A DNA stretch of 64,000 nucleotides. Source: Lingula anatina. Taxonomy: Eukaryota; Animalia; Brachiopoda. Below, piece by piece: positions 12,301-22,709 of this stretch (the first letter of the stretch is position 1; each line of letters begins with the position of its first letter). The translations under genes and the position numbers were made by a program. The DNA is taken from positions 11,466,587-11,530,586 of the forward strand of contig CM120648.1 of the NCBI GenBank assembly GCA_051362555.1, given 5' to 3'. Under the pieces are notes generated by a model. The model saw nothing but the letters and a program-made list of their open reading frames with translations, ran no database searches and was not told where the DNA came from.

Positions 12301-15300
12301 GCTTTGTAATTTTAAAAGTTTACAAGGATTATGCATAAAGATGCATGTGCTGTCCAAGAAGGCAAAAGAAAGGGTTGCGTTTTATATGTAATTTAGGCTT
12401 TAGATAACTCTATTTCTTTTTTTTATGGCAAGTTGCTCCAAGCCTATCCCATCTCACTCTAGAGGATGAGAACATCTTACAAGCAGAGGGACAAACTGTG
12501 GTGCATGCATCACAAGATAAGGGGTTGGGTATGTCTAGTTTTTTACAACTGAGGAATGTGTTGTAAATATTTTTGTACTTTATTATCTATTATCACCATA
12601 CAGTAGCAAACCCTTGTGAACCTGGTACCTCTCTCCCTTCCTCAGCATCAATGGTTCCCCTTCTCCCTCTTTAAATTTAAAATACAACTGAGACATTTCA
12701 CTAAGCAATTTTCTACTTTGTATCTTGATGCACTGCATAATGTTTAAAATATTCTTAAGTGGCAAAGTGTTTTAATAATAATTTTTTATTTCTTAAAAAA
12801 CTCACTACACTTCTGTCTCACTGCTGATTAAAATAAAATTATCAGAATTACAAATATTCATATATTAAATACAAAAAACTGGGGTGAATAAAACAATTAA
12901 AATGATTAATGCTGGTTATTAGTAACAGTCTTATCCTATATATGTTTCCCCCACCCTACACCCAACCCAATATAGAGGTGCAAATGTAAATATATATTTA
13001 ATACACAGATTAGAAACTGTAATGACTATTTTAAAGTCCCAGATGCAGAAGTTTGTTTCAAAGTTTCAGTGTCCTGGAAACATGAGGAATATAAAATAAT
13101 TCATCATCTTACCCCAAAAAGGAACATATATGTTACTTTCCCAAAGGGAAAACTTCCAGCTGTGAAATCCTTTTACTCACTTTGAAAATTTGATCACCGC
13201 TAGTTTTCTTTTTTAATTTACTTCTTACAAGTTTAATGTTGTAAAAAAAACATGATATTCTTCTGTAAAGATCAAGTAATTATAAGTAATTTTTTGCTTG
13301 ACTTAGTTTGTAAGCCAATGATTGTTATAAAAAGAAAAAAAGCAGACTATCTCTGCCCTAACTATATAGTGATTGCTTAGTAGGGCGAGTTAAGTCATTG
13401 AGAATACATTACTTCCAGAATTATCTTGAAAAATGTAGCAAGAAAAAATCAGTTTTATCCTAAAAGAAGTTGCCATAACAACAAAATGTACATGGTTACT
13501 CATCACTTTCTGACTATCTCTGGCTTTGCTATATACCGTTATACTGTGTGTTAAATTTAGGCTTCGTTCACATGAAAAGTCTATTTTCTAAATTCTATTT
13601 TCTATTCGCGGTATCTTATAATCATGGTGTGTGCCCTGAATATCCCGCGGCGTAATTACTGGCAGCGCGAGCCAGTTACTTAAAGTAACTTATAGTAACT
13701 GGCTTGCGCTGCCAGTAATTACGCCGCGGGATATTCAGTGCACAGACCATGATCATAAGATATACCGCGAATAGAAAATAGAATTTAGAAAATAGACATT
13801 GCATGTGAACAAAGCCTTAGTCTTTGCCTGCAAAGAAAACTTTGAAAATGTATCAAGAAAATGTGAAAAAAACAATCAGTTTTATCCTAAAACAAATTGC
13901 CAAAGCAACAAATTCAAATTTACATGGATACATTTTTCCTTATCTATGTCTGCCATGGGCACTAAAGAGTATGTGCAGGAGAGTTTGATTATAAACACAC
14001 TGTGAAAAAAATTGATAGTATATGTTAAAGTACTTAAATTCCCCATATGGCTCAATAGTAATTGAAACTAAAATTCAAATCACATAGCAACAAAACTTAT
14101 CCATTTTTAATCTTGATATTGATGCAAAAGGTTTAACTATACATGTAAAAAATTTAAAGAAAAATCTGTCAGAGAGAAATAATATACTACTAAGGACATT
14201 ACAGCTGTACTGTAAATGAACTATTTTTTATTCGTTATGTCTGAAATGTCAAACTACACTTGAAAATACCACATAATTGTTTCATTCCATAAGATATTAC
14301 CCGAGTACTTATTGCACCAAGTGCTTGGACAAGAAAACCTTTTTTGGACATTTTTCTGGGCGTCATACCATATACGTTACTACATTATAGCCATGACACA
14401 AAGCCCCCTGATTTACAGTTTAAATATTTATTTATACAAAAGTCATTACATCAGATATAATTGACCATGGCTGAATCACTATATTGGAACAAGTTACAAA
14501 AAATATAAATTATACCTCACCGAACGTACATTATCATTTAGGCTTCTTACATAATGGTATAGAAATGATAAAAATTACATGTATATACCCTGTACAATGT
14601 AGATGTAAAATTGAGACAGTCTTGGATTTTTGTTCTATACACGTGTTAATAAAAATTGAATATTTGTATTCATTTTATTTATTATTTATACTTAAGCATG
14701 TGAAATGCACCTCTTTATTGGGTTTGTGTGCTTATCATAGCATTTTATTGCATTTAAAACACTGTAGCTTTTAAATTTTATACTGTGTATAATACAACTA
14801 AATGATTTGATTTGCCTTTATTTCTTTTTAATACTGAGATATGATTTTTTTAGAAACTCAGCCCAGCCCTAATAGTTCCAATTTAAAAACAGAGGAGAAT
14901 AAGGAGCTCCCATCTGATGTCTTTACACATTTGACAGAAAACGCATACGACATAGAGAATCCACCAGCTCGTCTAACAGTCTGGGATTTTGGAGGTCAAA
15001 GTGTGTATTACAACACCCACCACACCTTCCTTTCTTCCAGAGCTATTTACATTCTTGCCATTGATATGAGCCTTGATTTAACAGACAGGCTAGAAGACCA
15101 ATGGCATAGTGCTGAACAATTCTCTGGAACTGTTCTTGGTAAGGAAGTCACTAGCTCACATGTATCAGCTAGTAAACATGATATACAACCAGTTGAACAA
15201 GTCATAAATGGAAGTTATCATACATAAGCCGAAAAACTTTCATACCGTTAGCTCATGGCCAACCTAGGTATATATGAAAAGTCAATTTTAAGGGCTCTGT

Positions 15301-18300
15301 AACTGATAGATAACTTTGTATTATGTGTGATATATTTCAGATTATACTGTTTATTGGATTGACACAATCCATACTTATGCATCACAGCAAGACAAAAGTG
15401 AAGATGGAGTATCATCCCCCCGAATAATCATCGTTTGCACACATAAAGACAAATACCTTGAAAATGTTCCCAAAGAAAGGGTAGGCATCAATATTGGAAA
15501 AATGAAGTATTCTGTCAAAATCCATCATGGCAATTAACTGGCTGATAAAATACATAATTGCGACCTGAACTATTTAACACCTAGGTATTATATATTTCTC
15601 CCATTCTCTTACAGCATGAAGAAAAAATAAATGCATACTTTTCTACATTGCGGCAGCATATACAACAGAAGAGGAGTGGTGTGCATGTTGATCCATGTTT
15701 TTTTGCAATTGACAACACATGTCAGGATGAAGATCATGAAATAACTGATCTTCGTCGATATGTTATGAAAATTGCTGAAAGCCAAAAATCTTGGGGAGAG
15801 AAGAACCCAATAAGATGGAGTAGATTAGAAGATGAGCTCGAGCTTCGTCAACCACCTGAGAAACGAAAAAAAAAGTTGATTCAGTATGGGGAGCTGAAAA
15901 AGTTAGCTCTTGAAGGTGGAATGCAGGATGAAAATGAGCTGAATTCATTCCTCCTGTTCCATCATGACATTGGAGATCTGTTGCACCCTCAGAGATTTGG
16001 AGATCTGTTGCACTCTCAGACAGTTGATCTCTCAGACATTGTCATTTTGAATCCATGGTGGCTGATAGACACATTCAAGTCTATTATTACGGTTGATAAA
16101 CACCATGTCAAAACCAAAGGGTCTCTGTATTGGTTTGCATTAAAGATGGGCATCCTAGATGAAAGACTTTTGGATGAGCTATGGGGAGATGACAGTGAGT
16201 TGAAGCCCATATTAATCAGTGCAATGGTAAAATTCAACATTCTGTTAGAACAGAACCCCAGTACAACAGAAGAGCCTACTTGTCGACAGTTCTATGTGCC
16301 CACCTTACTCCCGATATACAAGAACCCAGCATCTGTGGTTGGTAGTGAAGACACACTATTCATACAAGGAAAAGATAACTTTATGCCACATGTGCTATTT
16401 AACCGGCTCACAGTGAAATTAGTCCAAAATAGCACATCAACTGGTAGGAAAGTTTTACGAAGAAGACGTGACTTTTTTCTCTTCAAAAATGAGCTGTACT
16501 ATGATTATGCTGTATTTGCAATCGATCCACTGAGAGGTGCGCGCTGTGCATTGAGAAAGTCAATAGATTCCTCTTGCATTGAACTTATTCCCTTATATCC
16601 CCCAGGAGCTAAGTTTGACGCAACAATCCAAGGGGCATATGATAAGTTTAAGGGCCATGTTGTAACCGTACTTCAAGAGCTTATGAAATCTATCTGCCCA
16701 CATTTGCAGCTTGAATGGTGTGTCAGAGATCCGAGAAATCCAAAGAAGCTAATGGCAATAGATCCGAAGGAGACTGATCTCACAGCATCCGGGTTACCAG
16801 AGGATTCAGTGTACAGACTATGGTTTATGCCAAGCTCTAGTGAGAAGGTAAGTTTTGAAATGAACATGTGCAGCAGTGAGGGTTCCATTGAGGGGGGGGG
16901 GAGTTATCCCAGTTTAGGAGAAATAAAATCATCAGTTGCAATTCACAAATAACAGTAAAATAAATACCGCTTTCACAAGTCATGAGAATGGGGTGTGTCA
17001 CGGATCATGCAACATAATATGAATATTTCATGCATCCCAGAAAATAAAAATTAAGTGGCTTTCAGGGGTTACGAAAATGCCCTTTGGTTATAATCTCCTC
17101 AGTCATAAGTTAAACATGAATGTTAAATATATCTTTTTACATATGTTTTGTAAATAAATTAATAATGTAGCTCTCCGATTACTCCAGTTTGTTCTTTTAA
17201 ATAGGTGCATGGTGCTTCTCCATCTGCTGTGAGATCATCAAGTGATGCTGGAGGTAAATAAAATTATCAGAACATAAAGCTATAAACACTTTTAAAATGA
17301 ATTTCAAAAACAGCCTTAAATTGTTTGTCCTCTGTATATGACTTCAGTGTTGGTTGAAAAGGTTTGTAAAAGCTAATATATTATTGATAAATATTTAAAA
17401 GTGAAATATTTAAATTAAGTTCATGAAATTTCAAATAAGCACAATCAAAATCAAAAATCAAGAACATTGAAGTTGTCACATTGCTCTTAGCAAACAGAAT
17501 TGTGCTTTTTAAAAATATTTAATTTAGTTAACGTCTTTAAATAAATAATCAAAATACAGTTGACTTGAGTTTACTGTTTAATCAATATGTAGACTTTTAT
17601 ATTAATTTTATAGTGACATCCTTATTTCTACATTATTTTAAAAAATGAAAAAAGGTAATAATAGACAAGTCACACTACAGTTACCTGTTCCATAACTATA
17701 ATATATATTCTTAATTCTTTTAGTTTCAAATGGTTTGAAGTAATCAAATTTGCAGATTTACCAAAAAAGTTTTCCCTCCCTCCTTTCTGAAACTTCTATC
17801 CTGGCTCAGCATGAAAATTCCATTTGTAGGTGATTGAAACTTTTTCACGGGTGTTATGTCAATGGAAATAAGCTCGAATTTCAAATGATGCAACTACCCG
17901 TTTTTCGTATTTGGACATAATCCATAACGGATAATTCTCTGCTATAGTGGCTAGTTTAATGGATAGAACAGATTGTTTACATGTTATGTCATCTCATATA
18001 TTAAACCTTCCATTGTTTTTGCAGATGCCATTGAAACAGCATGTAAGGGATTTCCACGTAAACCTGGTATTGTAACTGTCTTCCCAGCATGCAAAGCAAA
18101 TGAGCATTACCCACCGTTTATTGCAGTGCTAGTGAGCATTGAATTTTGTGGAAATAAAGTCACAGAATATGAGGGATTCACTGTCAATTACTACTCCTGG
18201 GACATGCCAGATATGGAAGCACAGATAGCCCTTTTCTCCCAAGAAGCTGAAGAGAATCCAATTCCACCTGAAAAGTCTACTGAATTTGGACAAGTCATAC

Positions 18301-19388
18301 AAAGAGTTTCACAAGGTCTCTTTGCCAATCATAGAAACCTAACAATTATTTCAGCATCTCCTGTTAAAGTGACAGGAGGTAAAATATCATGCATGCCATG
18401 TATAGTATTGTATTGTCACACAAAAGGTGTGGTACCACTTGGCGAGTCACTATTTCCAGAGTCAATTGAAGGTTTTCCTGTAGATGTACGTGAAGGTTAT
18501 GTTTTGTTGTCCATGAACAACGGTCAGCCACAAAATCCAGCTGTGCACTTTGGTCAAAGCGCTGCTTTTTACAGTGACCCATTGAGGATGGGATGCGGTA
18601 TTGGACGGAGAGGTTTGAACTTGACAGGGACGTTAGGAATGTTCGTAGAACATGAGGGGTCAACATGTTTCCTCACATGCTCCCACGTGTTAGGCATCCC
18701 ACCACCTGCCATAGGTACTGAAGTCTGTCAACCTTCTGATGCAGATCAAGAAGCAAACCACCACAACAAGCTAGTAGGTGAGACTGTACACAGTTCAAGC
18801 AGAGCTAGAATTTGTGGTGTTGTCAAAGAACGGGTATTTAGGAATGTTGATATTAAAGGTGGACAATATGGAATTGATGCAGCTCTTATCACAGTCAAGG
18901 ATAGAGGGACCTATGGGATTCCAGCAGGATTAGTTCCTCAAAGATTGCGAGATCTTAAGATTACAGAAAATAAATTAACCTTTACTAGGGAGGCGTATAT
19001 TGAATGTAGTGAAGATTTAAGCACTCATGTTTTGTTCAAATGTGGTAGGACGACTGGTCTCACAAGTGGGAAGGCCACTTTTGTAGGTGGGGCTGCTTAC
19101 CAGCCTTGCACTGTGGAGTACTGTAATAACGTGGGTTGGAAATTTCAAGACACCCTTTCATCCATGGTAGAGGTATGTGCACCTAGAGACAACAGCAGTG
19201 CCATGTTTGCTGACTGTGGAGACTCTGGTGCTGCAGTGTTCTATTTAAAGAATGGAAAACCCTATATAGTGGGAATGGTGGTGGCCAGGACCTCCTATTT
19301 CTCAGCCTTAATGTCACCCATTTGGCCAATATTAGAACATTTTAACATTGAATTACCAAGAGAAGAGGAAGATATGGAAACTGAGTGA
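1573..19388 (+). CDS. Multi-exon CARD-TPR-ROC-COR-serine protease (ROCO family) protein, ~1897 aa
   Basis: Coding exons with GT-AG ends and consistent phases: 1573-1707, 2476-2617, 7471-9237, 9546-9641, 10088-10336, 10558-10638, 12126-12182, 12433-12528, 14854-15138, 15341-15480, 15615-16847, 17205-17253, 18025-19388. Summed length is 5694 nt with no internal stop. Domains were recognised from motifs (see sub-features). The small spacer exons are less certain than the domain exons. Confidence 0.85.
3068..3216. repeat. 77-bp direct tandem duplication
   Basis: caccaaagcggtcaagcctcacaaccataaataacactcgagtatatattgtgaaccccattacttgctt occurs twice. Confidence 0.9.
3259..3320. repeat. (AT)n microsatellite
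   Basis: Direct reading. Confidence 0.95.
4071..4615. mobile_element. Foldback/MITE-like element with ~190-bp terminal inverted repeats
   Basis: atcaaatctagtcccg...tcttagatcaaggca (4071-~4255) is the near reverse complement of tgccttgatctaaga...cgggactagatttgat (~4433-4615). Confidence 0.8.
5000..5655 (+). pseudogene. Frameshifted Ty3/Gypsy reverse transcriptase fragment
   Basis: Conceptual translation across frameshifts gives [82 protein letters not shown] (YxDD-like), [12 protein letters not shown] and LEFLGHVF. Confidence 0.85.
6250..6566 (+). pseudogene. Gypsy integrase C-terminal tail fragment
   Basis: [24 protein letters not shown]...[13 protein letters not shown]...GTMITA...ITRKSSFFK resembles the post-catalytic tail of invertebrate Gypsy pol proteins. 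Confidence 0.7.
7471..9237 (+). CDS. Single exon encoding 13 highly similar 42-aa TPR repeats (kinesin-light-chain/NPHP3-like TPR_10/12 type)
   Basis: ORF 7578-9245 extends upstream to acceptor ttttccag|7471 and ends at donor 9237|gtatat. Consensus [42 protein letters not shown], with a 126-bp nucleotide period. Confidence 0.95.
10088..15720 (+). CDS. ROC GTPase domain split over several exons
   Basis: G1 [13 protein letters not shown] and G2 ITNGIE (exon 10088-10336). G3 [28 protein letters not shown] (exon 14854-15138). YWIDTIH and G4 IIVCTHKD (exon 15341-15480). G5-like FFAIDN at the start of exon 15615. Confidence 0.92.
11285..11865 (+). mobile_element. Degenerate relative of the HINE family at 55177-58142
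   Basis: gtctgtctgtct microsatellite, core-like acgcaggttgcttttgaaaactggcatgatcgg, and the 3' end catttgacagctttgctgccttg shared with 58118-58140. Confidence 0.55.
13560..13816. mobile_element. Fully palindromic PIF/Harbinger-type MITE with TTA target-site duplication
   Basis: tta|ggcttcgttcacatg...catgtgaacaaagcc|tta. The arms are near-perfect inverted repeats of ~120 bp each. Confidence 0.85.
15721..16847 (+). CDS. COR domain
   Basis: Directly follows ROC. Typical COR motifs are present: [70 protein letters not shown]. Confidence 0.88.
18025..19388 (+). CDS. Terminal exon: prodomain-like region plus trypsin-fold (clan PA) serine protease of bacterial/Nal1/Ssy5-like type
   Basis: GTLGMFV...FLTCSHVL (His), YGIDAALI (Asp), [24 protein letters not shown] (Ser), [20 protein letters not shown]. 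Upstream is [10 protein letters not shown]...[15 protein letters not shown], a prodomain-like segment. Acceptor tttttgcag|18025 is in phase 1; stop at 19386-19388. Confidence 0.88.
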
Positions 19389-22300
19389 TCACCAACCGAA
19401 ATTCTGTGAGAGAGCCTTCTGAACACATGGCTCAATTTTCGGACAAGACAGTCTAGAATTTCATTTAATTTTGGTATAGACTGAATGGTCATACTTTCCT
19501 GAAGCAATATGGAAACGTGTTAATGAAATATTAAAAAAGTGACAATTTTTGTCAGAAAATGGGATTTTCAGGTTTATCATAAGTGAAAAATCCTAAATAG
19601 CTAGAACTCTGTGCAGTATTGGTAGGAAGGAGCATACAGTTTTTTTTTAAATAATTTTCATAATTCTGCATGATTGCTACATTTAAGGACTAGTGGACTT
19701 TTAAAGTAACAGTACATAGGGATACTTACTACCTCAAAGCATCTTATTTTCCATTCAAGTAGTAGCTATTATATCAATGACATTAGGTCAATTTTTACTT
19801 AATAATCCGGTTCATAAAGTTGGTCCTTTGAGACAATTTAAAGATACATACAAAGTCAATTTTTTGTCATAAAAACCAACCAAATTCCAGCATATGGTTT
19901 CAAGTAGTATAACTAAGAGAATTACCAAAAGGCATTGTTTAATTTTACCCGAAAGTGATGTCTGAACAGATTTTTCTCCTAGCCTTCTATGCTGTATGTC
20001 AATGGGGCAGAAAAGTACTGTAGGTCACGAAAGTAGGTTAAATTGACAACCAAAAATTTAAAGAAAAGAGCACTCTAAAGCTCTTTTATGGCTGATCGGG
20101 TGATTTATTCAGTTTATCCCTTGGCATGTCAAATTTATTAGAGTTGTATAAGAAACTAGTAGAAGTGGTTTACATGTGTTATTGGGAATCCACGCTCCAC
20201 CGATGCTTGGTTCGTATGTACCTTTAAGGAAAGGAATAATTTCTCATTTTTATGACAGAAATCTTACCATAAAACTAAATATTCACTTATATATTTTAAA
20301 AAACTATTTTGTAATTTTTGTAGTCTTTAGTACATTACATAATATTATTGTAAGAATGTAAATACTGGTATGTATTCATAATTTCACACAAGATTTGTTG
20401 TGAAGTACAAATCGTACTTAGAAGGCAGAAATCCCAAGTAGTGTGTTTAAGTTAATCTCATATCCCAGACTCCATGTAGTGTTGTGAATTTTATTCAATG
20501 AAATGTTGTTTACAACATTGGGTGCATAATTTTTCTATCCCATTAAAAATATTAAATATCAAGTAAGGCTTGGAATTTCTGACTTAATTCTCTTTGAGAA
20601 TGGGTTCACATAAGGCAGAATTTGTAATTTTCATATTTTATAGGATAAGAGACTTACCTTTTGTGACTAGTTGTGTAGCATTGTGGTTTAAACATTTTGG
20701 TCTTGAAATTAGTTTTTGAGGGCCAAAAATCTTGAAAAGGGTATCCATTACCCTGAAGTAGTTTTTGTTTCATCAGTTTCGTTGTTGTTCATATTTTTTT
20801 CACAAGCATTGTTCACATATTGTTATTATTATTATATTATTATATTATTGAAGCAAACCCAAGTGTTGCAGAGATGGTGTTAAGGAATGAAGGTTAAATA
20901 TTAAGATGCGTTACAACATGATGTTTCATTACGCACTTATTTTACGAAATCAATCTTAAATTAGCATATAAGGTCAGCAAGTACAGGAAAAACTTGAAGA
21001 GCTTTTGGAAACCTCTTTGCAAAGATATTTTAAAATTGAATCATAGATGACTGTTTAAACAGGAAAATCAACTACAGAATAAAATGGAAGTTTAAGTTGA
21101 GAAAAGCGTTGGACCTTCTTCGAGATCCAACATCATTTTTTGTTTAATTAACCTCAAGGTTAATCTCAATTTCACAACTATATGTCAGTGTCTTGTTGAA
21201 CCTCTATCATTTTCTTCAGACAGATGTTCTCATTTACAATATTGGGATTGTGAATATTTTAGGTGATTGGAAAAAATGCAGATTTATAAAAGTTTAAGAG
21301 ATGTTATTTTGAGGGTCTTTCATTTCGAATGTTGGAGTAGAACAGCTGTTACATTGTGGTATGAGCAATTTTGGTCAAAAATTATTTTTATATACATTGT
21401 ATGATGCATTATTTCACGCAGTTTATCAATTATTGTTTTCAAATTATTCTAGCCCGTTTATAAAAACTTAAAAATTCATGTCAAACCTGCAACATTCATC
21501 TTAGTATCTGGTTTGTAAAACCAGCACAAGCTTGGAGAAATAAATTATGAAAAATTCTTTTTTATTTCTGTTTAACTTTTACTTGAAATCTGCCTCAATT
21601 GTTTTCCTTACGTAACCCCTTCTATGAGAACACCACTCAGAAAGACAGTTTACAAGTCGACAACAATATTAATGCAATAATTCACATCAATAAATATTCA
21701 TCAGTTTGATAGTTATCAACATAGGAAAGTTGACAAAAATCTTCAATCCACACACAGATTATCAGTATTGTTCCCTCAAGTCTTAAAATTTTTGTTTTCG
21801 GCTGTGCAAATTGTTCCACCTCTTCACATTAACTATCAGAATATTTCAATACTTTTCATTAAATGTTAAAAATATACAGATAGTTTAGTTAAACTAGTGG
21901 GGCTTATAATTGTACATAAAATGCATCTTCCCACAGAAATGTTACAGTAACAAAACAAAACATGTAGGTAAATTATAAATCCAGTAGAGCTGCTGCAAAC
22001 TATGCTGAAAACTTTGCCACAGTGCACCTTTTTTCTTTCAAACTTTAAAAACTCACATTTTTACTTTTTGCAATAAAAAAAAACATGCTCAATTTTTTTA
22101 AGTGATTATAACTGACGAACAACCATTCATTCCGATAAAAATGGCTGCCTTTTATAAAACCTACCATATGGCTGCTCTCCATTCCAATGGACGACCAATT
22201 GAAACAAGATAGCTAGGCTCTCTGCTTTCAATAACAAGTTGTTCAATTTTTCCACTTATCTAATAAAAAAAATTCATATAGAGAAGAATTACAGCATTGG

Positions 22301-22709
22301 CTGTGAAGCAACAAAATAATTACAATGAGAGGCATTTGATTTCGTAATAATTTTACAGAAAAATTTCCGCAGGTAAAGCACTAAAATGTAAAATTCTTTT
22401 AAATAATTCAAACTTTCATTAAAAAACATTACAATTAAAATTAATATCTCTTTAGGTGTCAGAAACATTCACTGATAAAATTCAAAAACTGAGAATGGAA
22501 ATATTGATGAACCAGAAGATACCAACTTCTCTCCACAGTCAATAAGATACATCAACTCTCACAAAAATATACAATAAATGTCTTATATTCCCAGATTTGG
22601 TAAAATTTTCCAAATTATCTTTCAACTGTTTAGGGAATTGCCATTTTCCATAACTCTCTTGTACATCGAAATAAAAGAACATGTAATCTTAATGGTAGCT
22701 GTGGATCTT

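Noticed and set aside
10088-16847. Naming the gene LRRK2, DAPK1 or MFHAS1
   Set aside because: No kinase, LRR, ankyrin or C-terminal death domain is present; only the ROC-COR core is shared, so no symbol was assigned.
19389-22709. Possible additional gene (e.g. a gasdermin-like substrate) between the ROCO-protease and DIS3L2
   Set aside because: AT-rich with no credible ORF or exon chain; best explained as convergent 3' UTRs and intergenic DNA.
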